32,822 nucleotides of DNA from Ignisphaera sp. (GCA_038889075.1 JAWAHS010000008.1:1-32822), one strand, 5' to 3'. Positions 17,181 through 27,164 are shown, counted from the stretch's first letter. Notes: generated by a model from the letters alone, not told the origin. Numbers and translations: made by a program.

Positions 17181-19148
17181 GTGGAGAATATGTCTATAGT
17201 TTTAGGCTGTCCTAGAGATTGCTACGATACTTGCAGACTCGGGGTGTATGTAGAGGGTGGTAGGATTTCTAGGGTTGTTGCTGAAAATGATAGATATACT
17301 AAGGGTGTTTTGTGTCCTAGAGCTGCAAAGGATGTTGAGAGAGTATATTCTCCCCTTAGGATTCTGTATCCATCTATTAATATTGGTGGGGGAGTTTTTA
17401 AGAAAATTGACTGGGGCTATGCTATAGATCTCCTGGTATCTAGACTTAGAGAGGTGTTGGAGAGATATGGCCCTAAGTATGTTCTCTTATTAGAGTACGC
17501 AGGTAACAGAGGAATCTTGACTAGGCATGCAAGTAGAAGACTTTGGAACTATCTAGCTGCTACACAAACTGATCGCAGCATATGCAATTACAGTGGTGCT
17601 AGAGCCTTAAAGCTCGTCTATGGCTCGACCTACGGTGTATTTCCCGACGATATCGAGCAGCTTAATATGGCTATTATCTGGGGCTTTAACCCAGCTGTAA
17701 GTGCAATTCATTTATGGAGAAGGATTCTCGGGATTAAAGAGAGAGGCGGACAGATAGTAACGGTAGATGTAAGAGTTACAGAGACGGCTAGACAAAGCGG
17801 TAGCTTCATAAAGGTGCGACCTGGATCAGATGGATATCTAGCGCTTGGAATAGCCAGATACCTTCTAGAGCACAACTATATAGATAGAGAATTCATAGAG
17901 AGGTACACCTATGGATTCAATGAGCTTGCAAAACATCTAGATAAATATGGGCTGGATACTGTAGAGAGAGCTACAGGTGTTCCAAGAAATAGAATAGCTG
18001 AGTTCGCTGAAATGATGGTTCATGGAAAACCCTTTGCCATATTTATTGGCTATGGTCTTCAGAGGAGATATGGAGGTGGAGATATTGTCCGTTCGATATC
18101 AATTCTACCGGCTCTTCTAGGTATTCACCGAGGATTCTACTACAGCAATACAGATGGTCTACCGCTAAATCTTGCAGCTGTTGAAGGATTGGATCTGTGG
18201 CCCAGTAGAAATACCATCAGCATGGAGAAGGTAGGTGAAGAGCTTTGCAAAGGAGTATACAAATTTGTATATATCCACCTCCACAACCCTGTAGCTACGC
18301 TACCAAATGCTAATAAGGTTGCTGAAGGGCTTAGGCAAGAAGATGTTTTTGTTGTAGTTCATGAGACGCACTGGAGCGATACTGCGAAAATAGCTGATAT
18401 GGTTCTTCCAGCACCAACGTTCTATGAAAAACTTGACCTAGTCTATAGCTATCTGCACAATATGGTGTATCTAAATAGACCTGTCATAGATCCCTTGGGA
18501 GAGTCTATAGGTGAATATCAGCTTATGTGTGAAATAGTGAAGCACATTATACCGGATAGCTATGCAGAGCTCTGTCCAGATCCCTATAAACTTTTTGAGA
18601 TAGCTATAGGAAAAGAGAATTTTGAGAGACTTCTCAATGTAGGCTTTATAGAGCTTAAGACTAGACCTAGAGATGAGTACCAAACTCCAACAAGGAGAAT
18701 AGAGCTCTATAGCACAGCAGCAGAAAGGGAAGGGCTACCACCTCTCCCAGTACCGTCAGCAGGAGACTACTGCAATGAAGGAGAGCTTGTGCTGATAACT
18801 TCAGCTCATCCACTATATATACATACACAGTTTGAAGAAATCTATGGTTCAAAGCAGAGCTGTATATACATTAGCCTAGAGGATGCTGAAAGGTTTAAAC
18901 TATCATCGGGAGACCTTGTAAAGGTCTGGAGCAGAAGAGGTACTGCAATAATGGTAGCCAACATAGATTCGAACATCAGTAGAGGTATTGCATGGACATC
19001 TAGACAGGCCCACACAGCTGATGGTAGGAGGATAAATGTTCTTCTCGATGATGGTGTAGATAGCTATGGTGGAGCAGTGCTCAACTCAACATGTATTAAG
19101 ATACAGAAGATAGCCACTACGGACACGATGGAAATACCTACAAGCTGA
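17181..19148 (+). CDS. Molybdopterin (bis-MGD) oxidoreductase catalytic subunit, DMSO reductase superfamily
   Basis: N-terminal CPRDCYDTC...C [4Fe-4S] motif; WGFNP, RPGSD, HNPVATLP, ADMVLPA and PLGES motifs; C-terminal MGD-binding domain; no twin-arginine signal. Confidence 0.9.
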   Translation: MENMSIVLGCPRDCYDTCRLGVYVEGGRISRVVAENDRYTKGVLCPRAAKDVERVYSPLRILYPSINIGGGVFKKIDWGYAIDLLVSRLREVLERYGPKYVLLLEYAGNRGILTRHASRRLWNYLAATQTDRSICNYSGARALKLVYGSTYGVFPDDIEQLNMAIIWGFNPAVSAIHLWRRILGIKERGGQIVTVDVRVTETARQSGSFIKVRPGSDGYLALGIARYLLEHNYIDREFIERYTYGFNELAKHLDKYGLDTVERATGVPRNRIAEFAEMMVHGKPFAIFIGYGLQRRYGGGDIVRSISILPALLGIHRGFYYSNTDGLPLNLAAVEGLDLWPSRNTISMEKVGEELCKGVYKFVYIHLHNPVATLPNANKVAEGLRQEDVFVVVHETHWSDTAKIADMVLPAPTFYEKLDLVYSYLHNMVYLNRPVIDPLGESIGEYQLMCEIVKHIIPDSYAELCPDPYKLFEIAIGKENFERLLNVGFIELKTRPRDEYQTPTRRIELYSTAAEREGLPPLPVPSAGDYCNEGELVLITSAHPLYIHTQFEEIYGSKQSCIYISLEDAERFKLSSGDLVKVWSRRGTAIMVANIDSNISRGIAWTSRQAHTADGRRINVLLDDGVDSYGGAVLNSTCIKIQKIATTDTMEIPTS

Positions 19149-19329
19149 ACTTCTCAATATACAACTATTCTCCGCTTAAACTCTATAGAAAGAGCTAGGA
19201 TAGCTCACTTAGCTCATGCTAAAAGGCACAGCAATTGTAGATGTCTGGAAATAGAACCTCTATAAATTTAATTCGAGTTAAATATTGTGAAGAGTTGAAT
19301 GGAATTGGCTGTTTTGCAATTTAAGGTAT

Positions 19330-19548
19330 GCCTATACTTCTAAGTCTTCTTTATCTATACTATTTATCTTCTATCTTACAGAGCGTCCGATGCACAAGGG
19401 TCGAGAACTTCTACACCACCCCTACTACTTCTACTACTAGCACTCCTATTAGGATACTTTAGCTCTTCAAGTGCTATGGCGTATCCATGTTTTTCACATT
19501 AATACCCCCTTGACCAGCTTCTCTAGAGCAGTCAATGACAGATATTCG
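19330..19548 (-). pseudogene. Decayed tnpB (IS200/IS605/IS607-type) fragment
   Basis: Broken frames translate to RISVIDCSRE..., HGYAIALEELKY (19489-19454, RuvC-II-like 'IxLEDL') and VV*KFSTLVHRTLCKIEDK (19419-19363), in the order expected for TnpB. Confidence 0.4.
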
Positions 19549-19609
19549 GAAAAAATATAGACCCCGAAACAACTGACCTGTTTAAGGATCAATATATGGT
19601 AGGTGGTAG

Positions 19610-20011
19610 GTGGTGCGTGAGGAGGTTCGTAGGCTTTGGCTTCAAGCTCTTGAGGATCTACGTACATCGGAGATTCTTCTAGAGGTAGGTAGATACTATG
19701 CTTCGGTATTCTTTGCTGAACAAGCTGCTGAAAAAGCCTTGAAGGCACTGTATATACATGTTAAAGGCGAACCGTCTCCTAAAACTCATAATCTTGTAGA
19801 ACTGTTAGAGGTTCTCGGTATAGGAGGCGAGGATCTTGTTGATGCAGCTATGGATCTAACTCCAGAGTATATCGTTACAAGATATCCGGATGCTGCTAGT
19901 GGCGTACCTGCAAGTCTATATAATGAGAGAATGGCTAGAGAACATCTAGAGAAAGCAAAACTGATTATAGATTTCTGTAGAAAGTCTCTAGAAGGTGATG
20001 GGGATGGATAG
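19610..20011 (+). CDS. HEPN domain protein (putative toxin of an MNT-HEPN pair)
   Basis: YYASVFFAEQAAEKALKA, KTHNLVEL and YIVTRYPD motifs of the archaeal HEPN family; overlaps the MNT gene. Confidence 0.9.
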   Translation: MVREEVRRLWLQALEDLRTSEILLEVGRYYASVFFAEQAAEKALKALYIHVKGEPSPKTHNLVELLEVLGIGGEDLVDAAMDLTPEYIVTRYPDAASGVPASLYNERMAREHLEKAKLIIDFCRKSLEGDGDG

Positions 20012-20318
20012 AGATATTGAGAAGATAATAGAGGTTTTGAAGGATAGCATACCTGATGTAAAGATAGTTCTATTTGGTTCACGAGCCCGTGGAAATGCTC
20101 TAAAAACATCAGATATAGATATAATTGTTGTATCTAGAGTTTTCGAAACCATGCATTTTACAGATAGAGCTTCCTATATACTAAAGATCCTGTGGAAAAA
20201 CAGAGCCCTACCCAAAGTAGATATAGACATTCTATGCTATACACCAGAAGAATTTGAGAAAAAGAAAAAAGAAATAGGAATTGTAAGAGAAGCACTAAGC
20301 CATGGCATCGAGCTATAG
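19995..20318 (+). CDS. Minimal nucleotidyltransferase (MNT) antitoxin
   Basis: LFGSRARG...SDIDIIVV and DILCYTPEEF motifs; the likely start is the ATG at 20004 after a GGTGA RBS. Confidence 0.9.
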   Translation: MMGMDRDIEKIIEVLKDSIPDVKIVLFGSRARGNALKTSDIDIIVVSRVFETMHFTDRASYILKILWKNRALPKVDIDILCYTPEEFEKKKKEIGIVREALSHGIEL

Positions 20319-20325
20319 CTATACT

Positions 20326-20594
20326 ATAAAAATATCCACAGTCCTTGAACATCACCTCTGTAAGATTCTGCAAATCCATATACTATCAAGTTCTCATGGT
20401 CTTCAATATCGATGAACCAGTTGAAACAACAGTCTTTTCTTCCCTGTCGAGCTCTACCCTATATGATCACCGTAAGCAGAGGAGGATATGGTACCTGATG
20501 CAGGTTTGCCAATAGCTGCTCATTGATAGCTAACAATGCAGTATTTACAGCTAGGGATGGCGATTTCGAACGGATGACTGGTACAGTCTCATGG
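20326..20594 (+). pseudogene. Decayed VapC/PIN-domain toxin gene
   Basis: MVPDAGLPIAA (20488-20520), then a frameshift into LIANNAVFTARDGDFERMTG (20523-20582), matching the PIN C-terminus 'D.LIAA.A...L.T.D.DF'; several upstream stops. Confidence 0.6.
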
Positions 20595-20798
20595 CTATGG
20601 AGGTTTGACTTCTTTAAATCTTTCACTAGCTAGCTCCCCACCTACACCCCAGTTTTCCTTAGAAACTTCGTGAATAACAATCTCGACAGCGTGTCTAGGT
20701 ATTCCAATATCTTCGAAAACCTTTGTAATACCCTTAACAATACTCTCTTTAGCCTCTTTCGAAACGCCACTCCACATATACACATGAACTATAGGCAT
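20595..20798 (-). CDS. 4-oxalocrotonate tautomerase family protein
   Basis: N-terminal catalytic Pro after Met (MPIVHV), IHEVSKENWGVGG signature, 67 aa. Confidence 0.9.
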   Translation of the reverse strand: MPIVHVYMWSGVSKEAKESIVKGITKVFEDIGIPRHAVEIVIHEVSKENWGVGGELASERFKEVKPP

Positions 20799-21053
20799 AG
20801 ACTGTCACCACAATACAATCTACCACTAGGTACAATATATATGTTTGTGAGGTATGGGAGAGGTCCTAATGGTGAAAAGATTGATAGCAATAATTAGTGG
20901 TTAGGAAACAAAGCATTAGAGACAGCATTAGGATTTCTCTCCAGCTATTCTATGTGAGTTTAGGATGGCTAGGTATAGTGTTATAGAGTATAGTAGAAGG
21001 GACTAATATTCTGTCCACTTGGGAAGGATAGAGAGATAAAAAGTTAAAAATCT

Positions 21054-22289
21054 TCAAACTAGGAGTGGAATTTCTCTAATAAATTCACTATCTATTATAT
21101 TTTTATCTACGAGTTTAGCTAGCAACTTCTTGGCCACTTCAGCATTTGGACAACCAACTTGGATAGCAACTCCTTTAATAGTTGATAGCTTCTCCAAAAT
21201 CTCTAAAACCCTAGCATACGGCACGCTTATAACCAGGTTTTTGCCGTATTCAAGAATTTTTCTGTAGAGCGGTATCCAGTATTCTGAGCCACAGTCTCTA
21301 TTCAGTGCTTCCATTGCTGCACCTGGAACCCATTGAATACCATTCAATCTCTCTATTTTTACCAGGAAATCTACATGGGGAAGCTCTCCAGGGCCATCCA
21401 GATGGTATACTGTATTATCGAGTCTAACACAGTGTTCTTCCAATATTGGGAGGACAAATTTTTGGAAGAGCTTTGGTGAAAGTATTGCAGAGAAATCGCA
21501 TTGTATTGGATACCATTTCCCTGGACTCCATAAGCCCATCCAAGCCGATGTACCATACTGTTGCTCTCTAACAATTTCATAGAGCTTATCGTAGTAGATG
21601 TGCCAAAGCTCTAGAATTCTCCATGAAATCTCCTCAACTTTTCGCGGATTGTAGTACATATCCTTAACAAGATTTTGGGTTCCCCGTAGAGAGGCTAGAA
21701 CGTCGTGCACACCCCCTAAATCGGTAAGTCCAACGATATATCTACCTCTACGGTATTTTAAAGCAAGTGTGGTAAACTCGATGGTTTTTCTCCACCAAAA
21801 GTTATCCGGATCGAATCTCACCATGCTATCTATCTCATCCCAATTCTTCACTTCACTGGAGTCTGCAGAGGCTCCAAACCAGACAGTTGCATAAGATTGA
21901 TTCCAACCGGACTTTTCAACCAATTTAGAAACTGTAGAGTCCTCGGGGATAGCCGTTGTCTCCTTAAAAAACACCTTGCTACCGAAGTAGCCTGCTACAA
22001 TACCGGGTCCTAGATTAATCCATAGATTGGGATACGAATCCGCTAGAAATACCATATTCCTACACCATTCGACAAACGATTCAACTGTTTCAATAGGGTT
22101 CCCAGGATTTCTTGCAAAACCCCAGTGCCATCTATTAAAAAGCATTGCCACCCTATCCTCCAGTCCTTTCCTAGGAACGGTTATTTGCACCAGTGGAGAC
22201 CTGAGGTCCTTCTCCCACCATGCTATAAATCTTTCAGTAGCCAAACTCCATAACTCCTTGAATTCAAGAATACTATTGAATATTTTCAT
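21054..22289 (-). CDS. UroD/MetE-like TIM-barrel protein (corrinoid methyltransferase-associated family)
   Basis: NLGPG, DVLASLRG, IQCDFSA, YHLDGPG and IQWVPGA motifs. The ATG at 22289 is preferred over 22337, which lies only about 7 nt from a TTTATAA box. Confidence 0.7.
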   Translation of the reverse strand: MKIFNSILEFKELWSLATERFIAWWEKDLRSPLVQITVPRKGLEDRVAMLFNRWHWGFARNPGNPIETVESFVEWCRNMVFLADSYPNLWINLGPGIVAGYFGSKVFFKETTAIPEDSTVSKLVEKSGWNQSYATVWFGASADSSEVKNWDEIDSMVRFDPDNFWWRKTIEFTTLALKYRRGRYIVGLTDLGGVHDVLASLRGTQNLVKDMYYNPRKVEEISWRILELWHIYYDKLYEIVREQQYGTSAWMGLWSPGKWYPIQCDFSAILSPKLFQKFVLPILEEHCVRLDNTVYHLDGPGELPHVDFLVKIERLNGIQWVPGAAMEALNRDCGSEYWIPLYRKILEYGKNLVISVPYARVLEILEKLSTIKGVAIQVGCPNAEVAKKLLAKLVDKNIIDSEFIREIPLLV

Positions 22290-22602
22290 CACCCTTAAAT
22301 GATTTACTTCACTAAAAGCTATATATCTAGAGTTCATCAGAGGTTATAAAGATTCTCCATCTATGGAGAAGAAGTTCAGCCAAGTTGTCCGCTACACAAT
22401 GAACCTTTCATCAACAGGTACAATATATACAGTTCCCCTCTTTATCTACAATAAAGCTATACATATGTAGAGGTGGTGCTAGAAGTATTAATTAGTGGTT
22501 TGATAGGTGCTGTGTTCCTCTATTTATGGATATCGGCTGATGATCTGTTTGGGATAGTACTATGGGTGTGTCTATCTTGTATTATGTAGTGTTGGTAGAT
22601 TT

Positions 22603-23223
22603 CTATTCAAGGTCCTTTAAATATCTCTCTATATAGTTTGCGTGATCTACTATTCTCTCTATATGCCTCATGACGAGAATTCCCAGAGCCGTCATTCTAT
22701 CAACGCTATCCCTTGATGATACATCTACTAGAAGAGTATTGTAGAGTTTGTCAACTCTACCATCTATCTCTACAACAATGTTCTCATTTGTAGGCTTGAG
22801 CCTTACGAGATCGTCTAAAGCACGTTCCACAGCCCTAGTAGCTTCTTCAAATGCATCTCCAACTACCCGAATATTTGCAACACTGAATTGTGGAGCGAGT
22901 ACCGAGTCTATTCTAGCTATCTCTCTACAGTATCTGGATATTCTATATACATCGTAGGCTATGCTTATTAGTGTATGTGATATTAGAAGCTCTTTTCCTA
23001 GGGGCTGTCGCCTAGCCATAAACACTAGAACCTCATTCACAAACTCTTTTCTAATCCTATCCAACATAGCTGATGTACTATCTATCTCTTCCCATATCCC
23101 CCTCCTCGAATCCATATCGATTTCCTTAAAGAGCTTCGAAGTCTTGCTAACGATATCGCGTATATGGCTAGCCATGTGAAGAATTATCGATTTGAGGCGC
23201 TCAAGTTCAGCGGCCATAAGCAC
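22603..23223 (-). CDS. phoU: Phosphate transport regulator PhoU
   Basis: RRQPLGKEL, DVYRISRY and RHIERIVDHANYI repeats; last gene of the pst operon. Confidence 0.88.
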   Translation of the reverse strand: MLMAAELERLKSIILHMASHIRDIVSKTSKLFKEIDMDSRRGIWEEIDSTSAMLDRIRKEFVNEVLVFMARRQPLGKELLISHTLISIAYDVYRISRYCREIARIDSVLAPQFSVANIRVVGDAFEEATRAVERALDDLVRLKPTNENIVVEIDGRVDKLYNTLLVDVSSRDSVDRMTALGILVMRHIERIVDHANYIERYLKDLE

Positions 23224-23976
23224 CTATATCTCACCTCTAAGAAATTTAGCTGTGTATTCATTTGATGGATGTAGAAATACTACTTGAGCAGGTCCCTGTT
23301 CAATAATATATCCATCGTATATAAGTGTAACGCTATCGGCAACTCTAGCGGCTTGATGGGGTGAGTGGGTAACCATTATGATGGTCACCTCATCTTTAAG
23401 TGAGACTATGGCGTCCTCCAATCTTCTAGCATTTATAGGATCTATATTTGCTGTAGGTTCATCCAGTAAGAGGAGCTTTGGCTTCATAGCTAAAGCCCTT
23501 GCGAGACATAGCCTTTGCTTCTGACCTCCACTAAGCTCGTGCGGATACTTGTTGAGTCTATCCCTAACCTCTTCCCATAGCATTGCCTTCTCCAAAGCCC
23601 ATCTAACAACTTCATCAAGTTCCCTTCTACTTCTCGCAATACCATTCAGCCTAGCAGAGATGGCTACGTTTTCATATATTGTCATATGTGGGAATGGATT
23701 TGGTATCTGAAAGACCATTCCAATATCGCGTCTCAGTATATAGGGATCTGAGCTAAGTACATCTCTGCCAAGAACAGCGATCCTTCCCGTAATTCTAGCA
23801 TTGGGTACGAGATCTATGAGCCTATTGATTGTTCTTAAAAGCGTTGTTTTACCTGAACCGGATGGACCCATTATTACGTGTATAGTATTGTACGACACAT
23901 TCATAAATATGTTTTTGAGTATATGCCTACCATCTATGTATAGATTGAGGTTTTCAATCTCAACAGCATACATCAT
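23224..23976 (-). CDS. pstB: Phosphate ABC transporter ATP-binding protein
   Basis: GPSGSGKT, GMVFQIPNPFP, LSGGQKQRL, LLLDEPT and VTH motifs. Confidence 0.95.
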   Translation of the reverse strand: MMYAVEIENLNLYIDGRHILKNIFMNVSYNTIHVIMGPSGSGKTTLLRTINRLIDLVPNARITGRIAVLGRDVLSSDPYILRRDIGMVFQIPNPFPHMTIYENVAISARLNGIARSRRELDEVVRWALEKAMLWEEVRDRLNKYPHELSGGQKQRLCLARALAMKPKLLLLDEPTANIDPINARRLEDAIVSLKDEVTIIMVTHSPHQAARVADSVTLIYDGYIIEQGPAQVVFLHPSNEYTAKFLRGEI

Positions 23977-24842
23977 AGTCTAACCTCTTTCACAGCAACT
24001 TTAACAGATACAAAGATAGCTAGATAGGCGGCTAGAAGAACCAGTGCAGCTCCCCATGCAATTTCTTGGTATGACTTGAAGGGGGTTGTAATGAAGTCGA
24101 ATATAAGGAGTGGTATGGCGTCGGTAGGAGCTCTTATATCTATGTTTATCCCCATTCTATACCTTCCTACAGTGAAGAGCAGTGCTGCTGTCTCCCCCAT
24201 GGCTCTTGCAAATACCATAAGTATTCCGGTAACGATAATCCTTCTCGATACTGGTAGGAGAACTCTTCTAACAGTTCTCCATCTATCCATACCTATTGAG
24301 TAGGCGGCCTCCCTATATATTTGCGGCACGGATCTGAGAGCTGTTGAGAATGCTGTATATGCATATGGTAGTGAGATGAGCGATAGAGCTATTACACCCG
24401 CTAATGCAGAGAATCCACGCATGGGAACTACAACTGTTGTGTATACAACCATGGATACTACTATTGTTGGTACACTTGCTAGAGATCTCGAAAGTACATC
24501 AACAGCTCTAGATATTATGTTGCTGGGGAATTCTGTTGAGAGAATTGATGCTAGGAGAGCTAGCACGACCGTTATCGGTAGCGATACCAGCGTTATATAG
24601 AATGAGCCGAAGAGTGCTGGAGCTATACCGCCTACATCTCTAGATAGTGGTGCTGGAGGAGTATCTGTAAAGAACCTTAGTCCAGCTTTTGCTATAACTT
24701 GGACGCCGTTTACAGCTATAGTTATCATTATGTGAAACAATGGAACCAGTGATAGAATCGATACGGATGCTATGAACGCTATGAAGAGTCTGTTCTTAAT
24801 TCTTCTAGAGCTATACAACCACCCTCCTCCTCCACTCGTCAA
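23973..24842 (-). CDS. pstA: Phosphate ABC transporter permease PstA
   Basis: GGIAPALFGS, SVPTIV, REAAYSIG and ARAMGETAAL motifs; likely start is the TTG at 24818. Confidence 0.92.
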   Translation of the reverse strand: MTSGGGGWLYSSRRIKNRLFIAFIASVSILSLVPLFHIMITIAVNGVQVIAKAGLRFFTDTPPAPLSRDVGGIAPALFGSFYITLVSLPITVVLALLASILSTEFPSNIISRAVDVLSRSLASVPTIVVSMVVYTTVVVPMRGFSALAGVIALSLISLPYAYTAFSTALRSVPQIYREAAYSIGMDRWRTVRRVLLPVSRRIIVTGILMVFARAMGETAALLFTVGRYRMGINIDIRAPTDAIPLLIFDFITTPFKSYQEIAWGAALVLLAAYLAIFVSVKVAVKEVRL

Positions 24843-25728
24843 GGATTTTCAATCCTATAAAGCTTAGTATGAGAGTAGCTATGAGAATCACCATAGCAGA
24901 TGCATGTAGAACCGATTCTGCATATACGTATAGTCCAGCATTAGCATACTGTGAAGCTATTATCGCAGGTACAGTGTAGCTGGGTGCAAATAGACACCAG
25001 CTCAAAGACATAGAATTACCCACGGTAACAGCAGCTATAGTTGTTTCACCAGCTGCTCTGGCAAATCCAAGTACCGTAGAAGCCACTATTGCAGGTTTCG
25101 ATAACGATAGAAGAATCTTTGTAGTCTCATACCTTGTTGCACCTATGCTGAGACAGCCCTCTCTATATACTATTGGAATAGATCTATAAGATTCAGCTAT
25201 GAGCATCGCCATATATGGTGTGATGGCTATACCTATTGCAATACCAGCTGTAAAAACAGATAGCCCAGTTACTGGTTTGCATGAAAACAGTGGGATGAAG
25301 CTGAGGTACTCGTATAAGGGCTCCATTACGTAGGTCTTTAGATAGGGTGCCAGTGTATTGAGGGACCATATGGCATAGATAACGGTTGGTATACCGCTCA
25401 TCAACTCTATAAGTGATGAAACCAGCTCCCTAGTTCTACCTCTGATAAACTCGACAGTGAATACCGATAGGGGTATCGAGAAGAAGAGGGAGACAGCAAC
25501 AGCTATACCCGATGCAATGAAGGTACCGATGATAGGGGGCAGAATTCCGTACATCTCATTCTCGGGATTCCAAATGCTCTCTATAAAGAGCTTGAGTCCA
25601 AAAACACCAATCGATGTAGAGGCGTGGAAGACTAATATGATTAGAAATAGAATGAGTAGCCCGATGATCGTAATCGATGTTGGTAGAAGGGATATGAAAA
25701 ATAACCTATCGTGTTTAGATTTAAACAT
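24811..25728 (-). CDS. pstC: Phosphate ABC transporter permease PstC
   Basis: WNPENEMYGILPPIIGT, GIPTVIY, SIGATRYET and ARAAGET motifs. Confidence 0.92.
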   Translation of the reverse strand: MFKSKHDRLFFISLLPTSITIIGLLILFLIILVFHASTSIGVFGLKLFIESIWNPENEMYGILPPIIGTFIASGIAVAVSLFFSIPLSVFTVEFIRGRTRELVSSLIELMSGIPTVIYAIWSLNTLAPYLKTYVMEPLYEYLSFIPLFSCKPVTGLSVFTAGIAIGIAITPYMAMLIAESYRSIPIVYREGCLSIGATRYETTKILLSLSKPAIVASTVLGFARAAGETTIAAVTVGNSMSLSWCLFAPSYTVPAIIASQYANAGLYVYAESVLHASAMVILIATLILSFIGLKILDEWRRRVVV

Positions 25729-25741
25729 CCACTACACCTAT

Positions 25742-26950
25742 CTAGCCTGCAATTATAGATGCTGCTTGGAGTAGCAGATCCACCACCTCTGGTGGAGGCG
25801 CAGCGTATCCAGGTACCATACTGCCGTAACCTTCGTAGGCAATCCATCTAAGGAATTCACTGAGAGCCAGAGCCTTTCTACTATCATCGTATTTTTTCCA
25901 TAGGAATATGTATGTAAATGAGGCTATTGGATAGGCATCTTCATTCACAGAGTACACAACTTCGTAGAGGGTATGGCTAAAGTCGTCCATAGGCGAACTG
26001 GGTAGTGCTACACCTCTAGCAGCACTACTTATAGATTCAGCCGTTGGTAGCACAAATCTCCCTGCAGCATTCATTACCATTGCAATGGGTAGCTTGAATT
26101 CTGTTGCATAGCTCCACTCGACATAGCCAATGGAGTATCGATTTTGTAGAACTATAGCTGTAACACCCTCATTACCCTTGCCCCCTACACCTCTACCAGT
26201 GTTGTCAACAGGCCAATTGACCTGCTTACCAACAAGCTCACTAGACCATGTATTAGGAGCAGACTTATACAGAAATACTGTAAACACCTCTGTAGTTCCG
26301 CTGGCATCTGATCTATGAACTGCTATAATGGGTTGGTGGGGTAGCTTATCGGCTATCTCCCTATTCAACTCCTTTATTGCTGGATCATCCCAGTACTCTA
26401 TCTCCCCCCTATATATCTTGGCTATAACTTCACCCGTAAGCCTAAGACTATATCCGTTAGGTATCTCAGGAACGTTGTACACAACTACGACAGCACCCAT
26501 AATCCATGGAATCTGAATAGCATGACCTCTATACTGCTCCCACTGTGATTTTGATAGCGGTGGATCACTACATCCAAAGTCGACTACACGATCACTTAGA
26601 AACATTTTCTGACCAGCACCACTACCAACAGATTGGTAGGTAATTTCAACACCCGAGGCATTCTGGAAAAGCTTTATCCACTGAGCTATCTGTGGATATG
26701 GAAATGAAGCACCTGCACCAGATATGGATACCCCTCTAACCTCTGGACTAGGAGTATATCTGGTGGTAGGCGTTGGCATTATCACTGTTGTCACGGTAGG
26801 TGTTTTGTATGCGGTTTCCGTTATGGTTACAGTCACTGTACGTTCGCTACCAATAGCACCACTAAAACCAAATAATATAGCCGTTGAAGCGAGTATAACT
26901 ATAGCTACTACTATAATAGACAGTACTATAGATAGCTTTCTTGATACCAC
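25742..26950 (-). CDS. pstS: Phosphate ABC transporter substrate-binding protein (N-terminal membrane anchor and Thr-rich linker)
   Basis: GAGASFPYP, YQSVGSGAG, DFGCSD, HRSDASGTT, GKGNEGV and IGYVE motifs. Confidence 0.95.
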   Translation of the reverse strand: MVSRKLSIVLSIIVVAIVILASTAILFGFSGAIGSERTVTVTITETAYKTPTVTTVIMPTPTTRYTPSPEVRGVSISGAGASFPYPQIAQWIKLFQNASGVEITYQSVGSGAGQKMFLSDRVVDFGCSDPPLSKSQWEQYRGHAIQIPWIMGAVVVVYNVPEIPNGYSLRLTGEVIAKIYRGEIEYWDDPAIKELNREIADKLPHQPIIAVHRSDASGTTEVFTVFLYKSAPNTWSSELVGKQVNWPVDNTGRGVGGKGNEGVTAIVLQNRYSIGYVEWSYATEFKLPIAMVMNAAGRFVLPTAESISSAARGVALPSSPMDDFSHTLYEVVYSVNEDAYPIASFTYIFLWKKYDDSRKALALSEFLRWIAYEGYGSMVPGYAAPPPEVVDLLLQAASIIAG

Positions 26951-27164
26951 TTTTTACTCACCTAAGATAAATATCCAGATTGCTGAACTAATAAGAATTG
27001 CATTCAATATACTATAGTCTATCTAATAGCTTTATAGAGTAGCATAAATTAGTATAGCGTCAATGTATAGGATATTTAGAATAGTCTATAGAGTGTTTAT
27101 AAATAACATCTATGTAGTTGCTATACCATATTACTCCAATACCAGATGCAGATAAATATGTAAC

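Noticed and set aside
20848-21030. Possible acylphosphatase-like pseudogene (MVKRLIAIISG*...)
   Set aside because: Only scattered similarity; the diagnostic VQGVGFR motif is absent.
22377-22415. Minus-strand TTGATGA...CTGA pair
   Set aside because: Only about 39 nt from C box to D box with no C'/D' boxes; too short for an archaeal C/D guide.
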